Counted from the stretch's first letter, positions 1 through 23,177 are shown. The stretch: DNA of 64,000 nucleotides from the human T2T-CHM13v2.0 reference genome, Homo sapiens (GCF_009914755.1 NC_060941.1), one strand, 5' to 3'. Notes: generated by a model from the letters alone, not told the origin. Program-made: numbers and translations.

Positions 1-899
<899 letters not shown>

Positions 900-2321
900 A
901 ATGTCTGTTGTTTTAAACCACCCTGTGTATGGTACTTTGTTATGGTGGCCCTAGGGACTAATTCAAGTTGTAAGGTGCTTTATATATTCTGAATACGAGA
1001 CCCTTATCAGATTTACGATTTGCAAATAATTTCTCCCATTCTGTGAGGTGTCTTTTCATTTTCCGGATGGTGTGCCCTCTGGAGCACATAAGTTGTTAGT
1101 TTTGATAAAGTCTAGTTTATCTATTTTTGTTGTTGTTTTTGTGCTTCTGGTGTTGCATCTTAAAAAACCATTGCCTAAGTCAGTATCACAGATTTACTTC
1201 TGTGTTTTCTGCCAAGAGCTGTATAGTTTTAGCTCTTACATTTAGGTTTCTGGTCCATTTTGAGTTAGTTTTTGTGTAAGGTGTAAGGAAGGGGTGTTAT
1301 TATTTTGCATGTGGGTATTCAGCTGTCCCAGCATGTAGGGTTTCTCAGTCCTGCTTTTGGGTTTGAGATGAGGGAGTCCTGGCGAGCAGGCCTCAGGGTC
1401 CTCATTGGCCGCCTCTGTCTCTGCCGCCCACTTCTGTGCAGGCCCCTGCAACCCCAGGCAGCCAGGCCCTGCCCCTTCCCTTCGTTGTTCTCTTTTGAAT
1501 CTGAAGCTGCTCACTGGCTGGGGAAGATGGGGTTGCGGGGAGCATCTGGGGTGAGTGGGCTTGTGGGAGTGGATTCTGGTTCCTTTTCTCCAGTATTTCA
1601 AGTCCTCCCTGGCATTCTGTGCCTCAACATGGAAGGGCAGAGGCAAGGAAGCTGGCTGGGCCACTCTAAGTGGCTGTGTACACAGAGGAAATGAGTCACA
1701 CAAGCAGTGGGACCAGCCCCACTGTTTTGTTAAGTGCCACTAACCTCACCCTGACATCGCTATTTCCAGTCCCTGAATCAAGACTGCACTCCCTGCTTTG
1801 TAAACAGGGAAGGGTTGGTTTGGACAGTTGGATCCATTCAGATGCTACACGACTCCTCAAGCCAAGGGTGGCAAGTTCTGACTCAGGCAACTTGAGGGGT
1901 AGCTCACAGAACTAGGTCCCCAGAGACTCCTCCACGGGGCCTTCAGAATTGGCAGGTGCTTCCCCCCTGCCAGTGACAGATGATGTGTCAGTCAGGGCAG
2001 CCACTGGGGACCATCCACAACACTAGATTCTGAGCAAAGCCTGCCTAGGTCATCAAGAACTGGGGGACCCCCCTGAGGAAAATGGGTGGGAGAAACAGCT
2101 CCCTGGCAACCATGTGGCTGTCCTGGCAGCCTCACATATACCTGGGAAGTTGTGTGATCTCCAGCGCCTGGTGGGAGAGGGCACTGTCCCTGAAGACTCA
2201 GCTCAGGAGACATCCATCGCCTCTGCCTGGAAGCTTCTCTCACCCTTCCCCAGCCTCCACCCCTTCCCACCCCCTAGCTGGGTTAGGGCCCCTACTGGGA
2301 TCCCACAATATTCTGTGCTTA

Positions 2322-4771
<2,450 letters not shown>

Positions 4772-5057
4772 GGAACAAAATAAACTTAGGAATTGGCATC
4801 TCAAGAGTCTCTTGGGAGTTCAAGAACTATTCATCCATGCCTACTTTCTCCCAGGTACAGTGCTTGGTGCTGACAATACAGAAGTGAACAGGCCTGGTGC
4901 TCTGTATCATAGAGCTAATATTCTAGTAAGGAAGACAGAAAATAAACAAGGAGACAAAGAGATAATATACTGTAATTGCACATAGTGATGAGTGTTATAA
5001 GCAAAGTCAAGCAGATGAATGGGACAGAGAGTCACTGGGGATGGTGCTTTTGAGCTA

Positions 5058-5273
<216 letters not shown>

Positions 5274-5889
5274 TTAGCTGGGCATGGTGGTAGGCATCTG
5301 TAATCCCAGCTACTTGGGAGGCTGAGGCATGAGAATCAGTTGAACTTAGGAGGCGGAGGTTTCAGTGAGCTGAGATTGCACCACTGTACTTCAGCCTGGG
5401 TGACAGAGTGCGACTCTGCCTCAAAAAAATTTTTTTTTTTTAAAAGAAGCCTGATGTTGGAAGGAGTTCGCTTGGACTATAGAGCTGCAAGGAGGCCGGT
5501 GGGTCAGAGCTTAGTGAGCAAAGATGCTATTCTGTCCCACCAGCTTTGAGGCCCTGGCAAGATAAGATGCCTGAGCCTGCAAAGCAGAAGCTAGACCATG
5601 GGCAGGAGTGAACTCAACATGCTTAGTGCCACTCTGGAGTCCTGTGGGGCGCACAGCCTGCATCCCCAGCAGACGTCACTCTGCCTCCAGCTTGAGGAAG
5701 GGGCTGCAGAGCTTTCCTCTTCAGCCTTCAGCTTGAGTTGGCAGGTGCACAGTCACAACCTTCAGGGTCCTAGAGCATTCATTTTCAGGAAGCAAATCTT
5801 CAGGATGTACTGAAGCATCTTCAGGATAGCAAATTCGAAGACTCTGACCCACACTGACAGTTTTGTGATTTACATGGTCATATTCAAGA

Positions 5890-6790
5890 AACAGTGAGGC
5901 CAATCAGATATCCATATGGAAAAATATGAGGTTTGACTTCTAACACCACACACAAAAATTAATCCCAGAAAGATCATAAACCTAATTTTGAAAGATAAAT
6001 CACTAAAGCTTCTAGAAGATAATATAGGCAAATACCTTCAGATCCTTGGGGGAGATGAATATCTCTTAAATGGGACAAAAACCAAGCAAACCATAAACAA
6101 AAAGACTGATAAACTGCACATCATTAAAAGAACCTCTGTTCAATAAAAATACTATTAGGAGGTTTAAAAGTCAAGCCCTATAGACTAGAAAAAGATACTT
6201 GATAAATATACTATTTTTGTCCAATAAAAGACTTATATCTGTAATATATAAAGAGTTCCTACAAATCAACACATACACATACAACTCAATTTAAGACCGG
6301 AATGACAACTTGGACAGACATTCTATAAAAGAGGATTGACTGGCCAATAAGCAAATGAAAAGGTATCATCATTTAGTCATCAAGGATATGAAAATTAAAA
6401 CCACTACACATCTACCAGAGTGGCTAAAATTAAAAAGATTGGTAACACCATTGGCCAGGATAAAGAGCAACTAGAATGCTCATTTGTTGCCAATATGAGT
6501 ATAAATTAGCACAAACACTTTAGAAAACTGTTTGGTGGTGGTATCTATTAAAGGTAAACATAAGCCACCCAAGGACCTAGCAATTCCATTCCCAGGTATA
6601 TATACCCACAGAAATAAGCACCGAGGTTCTCCAAAAGCATGTATGAGAATGTTCACTACAGCTTTCTTCATAATAGTCAAAACCTGGAAACAACCCAAAT
6701 GTCCATTAACAGGAGAATGGGTAATAGGTTGCAATATATTTTTACAATGGAATACTGCAGAACAATGGAAAAGAATTAACTACAGCCTCA
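5890..6790 (+). mobile_element. Old L1M ORF2/3' fragment
   Basis: A-rich, degenerate ORF2 C-terminal motifs (ORF 6532: PKDLAIPFPGIY...MFTTAFFIIVKTWKQPKCP). Confidence 0.8.
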
Positions 6791-6964
6791 TGCTATATGT
6801 ACAGCCACACACCACCATGCCCAGCTAATTTTTGTATTTTTTGTACAGATGGGGTCTCACTTTGTTACCCAGGTTGGTCTCCAACTCCTGGGCTCAAGCA
6901 GTCCTCCCTCTTGGTCTCCCAAAGCGCTGGGGTTACAGGTGTGAGCCACCACACCCAGCCCCCA

Positions 6965-7142
6965 AATATTTTCATTTTAACTTGTAATCCATAAAAATGA
7001 GATTTTCTATTCTTTTATCATACTAAGTTATTGAAATCCAGCGCTTATTTCACATGGCACATCTCCATTTGGACTTGCCACATTTTAAGTGTTCAACAGC
7101 CACACGTGGCTTGTAGCTGCCATATTGGACAGCACGGCTCTA
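6965..7142. mobile_element. hAT-Charlie MITE (MER33/MER3-like)
   Basis: AGCCACACGTGGCTTGTAGCTGCCATATTGGACAGCAC terminus. Confidence 0.6.
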
Positions 7143-7207
7143 AAACCTGGGTCATGTTGCAAAGTGAGTATGCTCAAGGCCTAGTATTTTCTAAAAACAT
7201 TAATTTA

Positions 7208-7507
<300 letters not shown>

Positions 7508-7691
7508 TTAATTTAATAATAACAAGTACTAAGGAGGAAATGAAGGTTCAGAGAGCTGAAGTGACTTGCCCAAGGCCTTATGCTGGTGAGTGGTAGTGGT
7601 TAAAGAGCTGAGACTGCGGTCAGACAAGAACAACCTTCACAAAGTGACGTGAAAATGACAGGAGATACACACGGGAAGTGATCAGCACAGT

Positions 7692-7765
7692 GCCGGGCTT
7701 ATATCTACAGCTCACATGCCAAGAAACAGCCGGGCTTATATCTACAGCTCACATGCCAAGAAACA
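7692..7765 (+). repeat. Perfect 37-bp tandem duplication
   Basis: GCCGGGCTTATATCTACAGCTCACATGCCAAGAAACA x2. Confidence 0.95.
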
Positions 7766-7856
7766 TGAGCCCCATCATCATGATGCTATTAACACTATCA
7801 CTATGCAGGGAGAGGAAGGCTAACAGGGAAAAGGCAGAGACCACTCAGGGTCACTA

Positions 7857-8426
<570 letters not shown>

Positions 8427-9799
8427 CTAAATGATCCACTGCACTCCCCCTCACGCAGTCCTCCTCTGACACTCCCACCACGTTTTTCCTGGCCAGGATT
8501 TAGGCAGACTGCGTGGACAGGTGATTTGTGGAGCCTGGGATCTCAGGCGAAAAAGCTCCCCAGCAGAGGAAGAGGACTTGGTATGAATGAGGACTTACTG
8601 GCATTCTGAGCAGGCTAGCTGTGGGCCTGGAGAGCTTGCTCAGCCAAACACATGGTTGTGTGGGCAATCGTTTCCCCAAACATGGTATGCAGCAGAGCCT
8701 CCTCCTCCACAGCACAGGGAGTAGAGATGCCAGGACTCTGCCCTGGGGCAGGGACTAGGAGAAGCGAGGGCTAGGCAGGTTTCCTAAGCAAGGTCATACT
8801 TTGTTCCTGTGCAGGCACTGGGACAGCAAGGGGAGGTGCAAGGGCTGGTCCCCTCAGAGCTGGACTGGATGTGGAGACAGAGAAGCTTCACATCCCCAGA
8901 AACTGCTGCTGGAGCTCAATGTATACCAGGTGTGTGAGGGTGGATATGAGTACACACGAGATGTGCCCCTGCTCACTCTCTATGGTGGGACTGCCACTCC
9001 CTGTCTCCTCCGTGCTGCTTCCTGGGGCCACAGGGAGCAAATGTTACTGCCTTGGTACACGTGCATGCACACCACACTCACACATACACACTGCACAGAA
9101 ACATGCCCTGGGCCCTCTGGAATGTGCACTGACTAGCAACTGCTCCTCCCTCTCCTGAGGCTTCTTCTGAGGATCCAAGCTCCATTTTGAAAATAAACCC
9201 ATTTGCTATCTCTTCTGCTTATAAAACCAGTGGAGCATGTCATGGGCAAAGCCTGGTTCAGGTGGCCACAGGCTGTCTAAGGCCCCAAAGCCTCCCTGCA
9301 TCTGCCCTGATGGCTTGGACTGGGTCCAGAAGATACATGAAGCTCTGCTTAATTTGGGCTTAGGGAAATGAGGATTTTAGAATTCAAGTTGCTTACCTGA
9401 TTGTCTTTCCAGTGAGCTCTGCACCATCTTAACCCCAAACAACATTTCAAGACATTATGGTCAAGAATAGGTGGCCAATCCATACATGTATAAGTAACTG
9501 ATTTTGGCCGGGTGTGGTGGCTCACATCTGCAATCCCAGCACTTTGGGAGGCTGAGGTGGGTAGAACCACAAGATCAGGAGTTCAAGACTAGCATGGCCA
9601 AGATGGTAAAACCCCGTCTCTACTAAAAATACAAAAATTAGCCAGGCTTGGTGGCAGGCGCCTGTAATCCCAGCTACTCGGGAGGCTGAGGCAGAGAATT
9701 GCTTGAACCCGGAAGGTGGAGGTTGCAGTGAGCCGAGATTGTGCCACTGCAATCCAGCCTGGGTGAAAGAGCGAGACTCCATCTCAAAAAAAAAAAGAG

Positions 9800-11185
<1,386 letters not shown>

Positions 11186-11187
11186 TA

Positions 11188-11522
<335 letters not shown>

Positions 11523-13161
11523 CTATTGATGCCTCTGTGCCAGGGACCATTCTAAGTACTTAAATCTAAGTACTTAAACCCTCCAGACTATACCTATGCC
11601 ACTCAGTGATGATTATAATACAGATCCAATCTACACGGAAGAAGCTATTTAGGACAGTCAATTCACTAGGCCAACTGCAATTTGGTTTCTGCCAAACAGA
11701 ACCGCTTTATATTAATAAATTTCATTTTGAATGTTGTGTCTTTTATGCTTTTCTTTATGTTTGATTTGTGGATGTTTTGATTTTATATGTGTAATGATAA
11801 GCACAAGGAATTTATGTCTAATTTAAAGTTACAAATATTTAAATAATGTAACAACTTTGATGAACTCTAAATGTCGGTGAGAACATTTTACCCTTGAAAT
11901 ATACACTTCAAGAAATGCTGGTCTCTGTGGATGCTCAAGGACTAACTTCAAGGCCCAGCTCTATGAATGCTGGTGCTGGCTGTGTGTTTGTGCATCTGTA
12001 TGTCTTACATTTGCCAGTTACTCACACCACTGTCCGGCATTTGTCTATACATCCTGACCCTTGACCCTCCAGTTTCCCCATAATAGCCGGGACAACACTT
12101 CCTGCACAGAGAGGATGGTCACTGATTCAGTGACCTTAAGCTGGAATTTTCCATCACAAGACACATGAGATAAAGGCGAGACATATGACAAGGGATGGCT
12201 GGCTGGTCTGCAGAGGAGGCAGACACACAGGAAGGGCTAAGACAGGTGAGTGAACCTAGGTCATGCCCTGTGCCTGGGTCACACTGCAGGCCTGTCATGC
12301 CATGGTCCCAGTGGTCACAGGAGGCAGACACTGTTCCTCCCCAATGTATTCTATCTAAATTCCTCCATTTAACATTTGAAAACTCCACCTAATATGCTCA
12401 GAAGCCATTTCTGGGACTACGAGACAATCTCCTATATTGTTTGACTAACAAACAATGTGCCTGACCTTCCTGGGCTTGTAAGTGGTGGAACAGGACTCGA
12501 AACTAGGTCGGCTCCAAGCCCAGTCCGTAACACCACCCAACGCTGGTGCTCTTTCCATGGTGGGTGAGAACCCTGGAGGGACCTGAACCAAGGCGAGGGC
12601 ACAGGGCGAGTGGAAAGAAGGTCCCAAACACGTGGGACCTTCTTTTCCGCTGATGCAGCATGGATCCAGCTGAAGGAGGCTTTTAATAAGAAGTTCCCAT
12701 TTTCCACCTATCAGATGAGCAAATATCCAAAAGTTCACTAATACCATCAGTTGGCAAGGCTAAGAAACAAGGACATTCCTGGTGGAGTGTAAATGGGCAA
12801 TAATCTGTGAACATTCCATATTAGTCTATCCTTTTGCTCGGCAATTTTGCTTCTGGGAGTTTATGCAACAGAGATAGCTACGCAGAACTAAAAGACCACA
12901 TACACAAGGTTATTTATGAAAACACAGGCCCCAGCACCCATTAAATACTGGGCTGATTAAGTAAACTAAGGTACATTCATACACTAGAACAATATGCAAT
13001 AGAAAAAAAAAGAATGAGGCTGGGCGCAGTGGCTCACGCCTGTAATCCCCAGCAATTTGGGAGCCTGAGGCAGGAAGATCTCTTGAGCCCAGGAGTTCAA
13101 GACCAGCCTGGGCAACACAGTGAGACCCCCGTCTCTATAAAAAATAAAAATAAAAGAATGA

Positions 13162-13449
<288 letters not shown>

Positions 13450-13714
13450 TAGTAGAGATGGGGTTTCACCGTGTTAGCCAGAAAGGTCTCGATCTCTTGC
13501 CTTTGTGATCCGCCCGCCTCGGCCTCCCAAAGTGCTGGGATTACAGGCGTGAGCCACTGCGCCCAGCTGAAAATCTTTATACTGGTATTTGTTGTAGATG
13601 CATTTAGAAATTTGGAAGAATATACAGGAAATTATTATGGTTTTAGGGGTGGGAGGAAAGAACAGGGTAGAGGGAGAACAGGAATGGGAAAGGCTTTCAC
13701 TGTATATGTTTTAG

Positions 13715-13948
<234 letters not shown>

Positions 13949-14809
13949 TAGTAGAGACGGGGTTTCACCATGTTAGTCAGGATGGTCTCAATCTCCTGAC
14001 CTTGTGATCCACCTGCTTTGGCCTCCCAAGGTGCTGGGATTACAGGCGTGAGCCACCGTGCCCAGCTGCAAAAAAATGTTTAAAAGGCTGTGTGAAGAAG
14101 GCTCTGCCCAGTTCTCTCTTCAGCCTAGTTCATCTGCCCCACATACTCTTCCACACATCTGTCTGTCCCCACCTGTCCACCACCTCCTGCATGCAGCACT
14201 CAGGTCCTGTGTCCCCCAGGAGGTATTCTGTGAAGTCACACTCTTATGCGTTATGTTTCATCTATTTGTTGGACGTTTTAAATGTACTCTGACCTATTAG
14301 TTTCCTTCCTTCTAGATGAAGACAACAATATTTTACACTGTGCCTTGTAGAGACTAAGTATCTTGTTTTTTTGTTGTTATTGTTTGTTTTCAGTTTTTGT
14401 TTTATTTATTTATTTATTTTTAATTTAGAGGCAGGATCTTGCTACATTGCTCAGGCTGGCCTCGAACTGCTGGGCTCAAGCAATCCTCCTGTATCAGCCT
14501 CCCAAGTGCTGGGATTTCAGGCATGAGCCACCGCACCCGGCCAAGTAACTTGCTAAAAGTCACCGGGGCAGAGCTGGAGCCCAAACCAGCTCTAAGCTGT
14601 TCTAAGTCCACTTTCTCCACTATGCCTGTATTGCCTGCTACAGTTCCCAGCTACTCCAGTCCCTGGAGAAGTCGATGACTCCCTTGGCTTTCTTTAATTA
14701 CTAATAGAGTTCAGTAACAGACAATCACATGCTATGGGAAGAAAGGGAGGAGGAGAGGAAAGAAAGGAGGGAAGAGAGAAGATGGGAAGGAGTGGGGGCA
14801 GCGTACTCA

Positions 14810-15469
<660 letters not shown>

Positions 15470-15743
15470 CTACCCCAAATCACAGAGATGTGCTCTTATC
15501 CACTGGTTAGCAGGAACCAGGAATAACTACTGCAAATAGATACAGGCATGAAAAAATATTGGGTAATAGTGTTTTAGGCCAGATGTGGTGGCTCACACCT
15601 GTAATCCCAGCACTTTGGGAGGCCAAGGCAGGTGGATCACTTGAGCTCAGGAATTCGTGACCAGCCTGGGCAACAGGACGAAACTCTGTCTCTACAACAA
15701 CAACATAGCCAGATGTGGTGGCTTGCACGTGTAGTCCCAGCTA

Positions 15744-15926
<183 letters not shown>

Positions 15927-16928
15927 TTTGAGATTGGAATTGTGAAAGATAATTTCCATGTTCATTCCAACTACCACGGGGCCCCTGACACATCTGCTCA
16001 TCTAAGGCATGCTGTCAGAGCTCCTTAAGTGCAAAGTCCTTGGAGCAATGAAGATGCAGGGTAAAGACATGGTCCCTGCCCTCAGGCACAAGGGACTGAT
16101 GGAAAAAGGCATAAAGTGTAGGAAATCAACAACCCTGTAAGAGGATTGGGGAGCGCTCCAATTACAGCATGTGGCGGAAAAGTGGGTGGTTTGGTTGCAA
16201 GGCCAGGAAAGAGAGGGTCTTAAATATCAAATCAATAAGGCAACACGGGGTAATGGCCCCACACCCAGCTGTGCACCAGAACCCCCTGGGGAACTTGAGC
16301 AGGATACAAGTTCTGGGACCCCAACCTAGTGAATCAGTCTCCAGGCTAGCATCTGGGAGCCTGTAGGCTACAGATTTTTGTTTAGAAAAGTGACTTGACC
16401 ACAGTCATGCAGACTGCAGGGTAGATGTTCTGCATAAGGAGATCAGACCCCAGGTGTACCAAACTCAGTCCCAGAATGCCTCCGTCTGATGTACATGCCC
16501 CTCTGAGCTACCACAGTCCCTAGCGCAGGTTTATCTCCTCCATGGGAATGTAGACCGCACTCTACTAGGCTCAGTGAGTAAGCTCCAGGGAGCTTCAGCT
16601 CAGTAAATGTTGACCAGATGATGGACTCAAGGAAAGACAGAGTGAGATAAGGGGGACAAATAGAAAGCCAGTGTCACCCAGGAAAGAAGAACGTGAGACA
16701 AGGCAGTGGCAATCTGCATGGAAAGGAAGATTAGAGACTGACAAGGCTTCTTTTGGGCTGAAGGTGGCATTTAGTAGTCCTCAGAGGCACAGTGCCAGCT
16801 ACTTGCTCAAAAGCCCAGACAGTTAGGGGCCAAAGAGATAAGTGTCTCAGGGTGAATATTCATATGCTTTTCCTGATTCCACTCTTTATATAATCCCAGC
16901 ACTTTGGGAGGCGGAGGTAGGCAGATCA

Positions 16929-17315
<387 letters not shown>

Positions 17316-17609
17316 AAGGCTGTTCCTGCTAAAGGTGGCCAGTCTCACCTGCTTTTTGTGACCAGTCTCAAAGCAGCCACAGGCTCTTGCCTGAGTGCTG
17401 AGGGTCTCAAGATCTGCTGGCACACTGGCTGGGAAGCTTGGTCTAGAGATAAGCCTTTCTAGAAGACACTTTCAACCCCTACCTCACCCTCTCTCTATGC
17501 TAGAACACAGGGCACCTCTGTTGGCTTCCTGAACAGCTGGGGAGGAAAAGCCAAGTGTCCCATAGTCTGCTGCTCCTCCGCAAAGCAAAACCTCTCCAGC
17601 TAAATCTCA

Positions 17610-17858
<249 letters not shown>

Positions 17859-18747
17859 CTAGGCAGCACCACACAGAACACAGGCCTTTAGCGGAAAATC
17901 CTATGGAGAGTCCCTAGAGTGTAATCCTTTAGCTGGTGCCAAATACGTGTGCAACCACATGCACACACATCTATGTGTGTGTCTGTAGATTCCTTCTGCA
18001 AAATTAGCACATTGTTAACTACAGCAAAGAAAGATAAAGCATAGAGAAGAAAAGGAAAATCACACACACTACCCAGAGATAATTACTGTTATTGTTTGTT
18101 TCATATGTCCTTTAGTATAGATACTTTTTGTTTTTTAGACCAAACTTAAGTGAACTTAGAGCCATATAATCTTGTGTTTAAATATTGGCCCCATCATAGC
18201 TGCAGTGATGGGAGCTTGGGTAAATCCATCTAGGACAAGGGTGGGGCTTCCCACCTTTTTTACATGGACAAGCTTCTGTAGAGAATCAATAAGCCAAGAG
18301 GCAAAAACAAACAAACAATAAACACCCACACTGCTTTAGAACAATAAAAACATGAGGAGAACAGGAGCATGGTTTACTTTAAGAAAGATCCTAGGCTGGG
18401 CGTGGTGGCTCAAACCTGTAATCCCAGAACTTTGGGAGGTCAGAGGCAGGAGGACTGCTTGAGTCCAGGAGTTCAAGGCTGCAGTGAGCTGTGATCACAC
18501 CACTGTACTCCAGCCTGGGCAACATAGCAAGACCTTGTCTCAAAAAAAGAAAGATCCTAGGCCTGGAAGCCAGAGGACTAGGCTCAGTCCTAGCTGCCAG
18601 TAACCAGATGGGCCTCCTCAGACATTCCACTTAACCGCTTTGAGCCTCAATTTCCTTATCTGTTAAAGTGGAAATAATACTTTCTGATTTATAGTACTAT
18701 GAGGATTCTCCTGAGGACAGGACTACCTTTTTTTTTCTTTTTTTTTT

Positions 18748-19464
18748 GGGAAGTGGTTTCTGGTGAAAACCAGAAAACCTACTAGATAAATTCTAAAAAG
18801 AGGCTGGGTGTGGTGGCTCACACCTGTAATCCCAACACTTTGGGAGGCCAAGGCAGGCGGATCACTTGAGGTTAGGAGTTTGAGATCAGCCTGGCAAACA
18901 TGATGAAACCCTGTCTCTACTAAAAATGCAAAAATTAGCCAGGTGTGGGCCGGGCACGGTGGCTCACGCCTGTAACCCCAGCACTTTGGGAGGCCGAGGT
19001 GGGCGGATCACGAGGTCAGAAGATCGAGACCATCCTGGATAACAGGCTGAAACCCCATCTCTACTAAAAATGCAAAATAATAGCTGGGCGTGGTGGCAGC
19101 GCCTGTAGTCCCAGCTACGCGGGAGGCTGAGGCAGGAGAATGGCGTGAACTCAGGAGGCGGAGTTTCCAGTGAGCCAAGATCGCACCACTGCACTCCAGC
19201 CTGGGCGACAGAGCGAGACTCTGCCTCAAAAAAAAAAAAAAAAAAAATAGCCAGGTGTGGTGGTGAGTGCCTGTAATCCCAGCTACTTAGGAGGCTGAGG
19301 CAGGAGAATCACTTAAACCCAGGAGGCAGAGGTTGTACTGAGCCAAAATCGTGCCACTGCATTCCAGCCTGGGTGGCAGAGTGAGACTCCATCTCAGAAA
19401 AACAAAACAAAACAAAACAAAACAAAACAAAAAACATATATATAAAAGAGCTGAGTGTGGCACT
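18748..19464 (-). pseudogene. U7 snRNA processed pseudogene split by nested Alus (parts 18748-18802 and 19451-19464)
   Basis: Reverse complement reads CTCTTTTTAGAATTTATCTAGTAGGTTTTCTGGTTTTCACCAGAAACCAC + poly(A), compared with U7 CTCTTTTAGAATTTGTCTAGTAGGCTTTCTGGCTTTTTACCGGAAAGCCC; poly(A) appears as the T-run 18728-18747. Confidence 0.8.
18803..19440 (+). mobile_element. AluS with a younger AluY inserted in its middle (~18948-19247)
   Basis: Inner duplication TAGCCAGGTGTGG on both sides of the AluY; outer duplication TAAAA(A)GAG. Confidence 0.85.
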
Positions 19465-19779
19465 AAGACTAGTGTTTTATTCATCCTTGTGTCAACACTT
19501 GGCACTGTGCCTGGCACATAGAAATACTCAATAAATGTTTGTTAAATGATACACCACAAAATGTACATAGAGTCTTTTGGAAATATAGAGTAAAAATTGA
19601 GCATAATTATAAGCATGTGAAAATCACATAAGTGATTGGAAAAGGACTGGAAGGGATTACAGAAAAACTGGTTTGAATTGTTGGGTGATAGGATTATGGC
19701 TACATATTTTAATCTTTTATTTTGATTTCAGCCAAAACACTAAATGTTAACATTCTTTGAAAAGTTAAATTTGAAAAAA

Positions 19780-21125
<1,346 letters not shown>

Positions 21126-22152
21126 TTTTAAATGTTCTTTTAAAAGCAAGATGTTATTTGTATATTATATTTAAAAAGTACATACATACTTCGTTCAATT
21201 GAGCACCTACTAGGTGTTGGGTTAGGGTATACAGGGAGAAATAAGGCATACCCTCAAGAAAGGCATACCCTCATGGAGTCAGTTTGTGCAGCTGTTGTTA
21301 GAAGGCTGGGTTGGCCAGGCTTCTGCCCTAGCTCTGGAGGGTCCTGGGGTGGGATTCGGCAGGCACTGGGGGTGGGAGAGTGGGGGTGCAGAGGGGAGGG
21401 AAGAGCCTCTGCATGAAAGCCAGCTGGGAAACAGGTGGAGCTGGACTCTCCTGTGGCCAGGACGGGGAAAGGCACGTCTCTGAGAGCTACAGTTTCTTTC
21501 AAGCAGAGTTCTCTGAGCTGGGAAGCAGCAGTGGGGAGGAAAGGAAATCCTGGCTTCTCCCCGAAAGCCATCTCAGGATGCTGCTAAGGGACCAGCCCCA
21601 AAGCTACCTGACTTCCTGCCTCTCCAAGAGAACAGAGAGCTCTATCTGGAGTACCCAAGATAGCCCAGGAGGGTGCAAAGGGCTGTCCAAGAAAAGGTCC
21701 TAGGGGGCTCCAGTGAACTGCTCACAAATAATTACATTTAGAATATCCTAGAAAATGGTAAGTGTTCAGATACATGTAAGTTACCAATTTACCCCCATTA
21801 CTGAAACAACAAACCAGTGCCTGGGAATATCTGTTTCCCACCCATTCAGTGCTTTGGCCAGACTGTGACCAAATCATGGCCTAAGGGCAGAGGGCTGAAG
21901 GGCTGAATGGAAATCCTTGGTCTTCAGGTTACTGATCTTAAATTCCCACTGCTTTTCATAAATCTCCATCTTATCACCAATAAGGTGATCTAGAAAAGAC
22001 AGGGTCTCCTCAGAGCCTGCTTGTGCTGTAACTTTTTCTCAACCTGGTCTCTCTTGCAGGACAGTGCCCATTCATTTCGAAGTGAGCCAAGCCGATGATA
22101 CAACTGTCCCCTGCAGCCCTTCCCCGCCCTTGATCCTCCCTCACCCACCTAC

Positions 22153-22200
22153 CGGGATGGCAGCCTGGGGGTCCAGTCCATTCTCCACCACTGAAAGCAT
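22153..22200 (-). CDS. PLEKHM1: PLEKHM1 exon 2 coding part (exon 22153-22241, 41 nt of 5'UTR): MLSVVENGLDPQAAIP
   Basis: ATG at 22200-22198; acceptor AG at 22243-22242, donor GT at 22152-22151; peptide matches the PLEKHM1 N-terminus. Confidence 0.95.
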
Positions 22201-23128
22201 CTCCACTCACGCAGCTGCTCCCTCAGAGAATCACATGACACCTGAAGAGACAGATGGCAGCCAGATGAATGGGCAGGGAACTTTCCCCCAGCCAGAGTCC
22301 ATTCCCAGCAAGCAGCAGGAGGTCAGCCTCTCTTACTCAAACTGCAACCAAAAAGGCCTTTGCAGAACACAAAAGTAAAAACTGATAATAGATTTGAAGG
22401 AAAGAAACAAGGAAGGAAAGCCCAGGGGGCTTAGTCGTTGGGAGGCAAGGAGTCCTGGGTGCCAGGGGTGGGTCCACCCCAAGGAGTAGGTGGTAAGGGC
22501 GCTTCACATCAAATGCTGCCCAGAAAGCCAAGGCCCTGTAGGATTGAAACCTGTAGGCAGGGAACGACAGGCTGATTCAGATACGGAGCTGCAGGTTCGA
22601 GGGGGAGGCTGCAGCTGAAGGTGGCAGGAACCCACTGGGACCAGGAAGCAGGGGCTCACAGGCTCACACATCACATTCAGGGGCTGGGTCCTGCAACACC
22701 CTGCCCCCACCCCTCACTCCTGTCCCAGTCCAACATCTGCCAGCTCAGCAGTAAAAAGTACCACTGGAACGGCTTCAAAAGGGGAGGGCTCCCTTGCTAC
22801 ACTTCTGCTCCTCATTTGGGCTTCGAGGGTCTGGCTTGAGCAGCACAGACAGGGACGTGTCTAACCGGGATGACCATGAGGTCTCATCGCAGTTTGCCAC
22901 TAACCAGGTAGGCATGCTCAGACCTCTCAGATGGAGAATGTGTAAAATGCCTGTCACGGGGCCTGATATGTACCTGTACCTGATATGTTGTACCTGGCAT
23001 CTGTCATCCCAGTGGATGTGGCCACCTAAACCTACAGACCAAGAATGTCATCACCTAAATGAGTATGCAGGAAGAGCTGAAGTCAGTGAGTGGTTAAATC
23101 CCTCAGGGCTGCCAGCTTCCTCCTGGAA

Positions 23129-23177
23129 GTGGGTGGGGTGGGGTGGGGTGGGGTGGGGTGGGGCGGGTGGGGTGGGG
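23129..23177 (+). repeat. (GGGGT)n repeat, G-quadruplex-forming potential
   Basis: About ten G3-G4 runs separated by 1-nt loops. Confidence 0.85.

Noticed and set aside
1242-1703. 153-aa and 129-aa overlapping ORFs
   Set aside because: Begin or end in an L1 fragment; no splice-site or homology support
11551-11580. 14-bp tandem duplication TCTAAGTACTTAAA (similar micro-duplications at ~22962-22997 and ~55414-55431)
   Set aside because: Ordinary slippage events with no evident function
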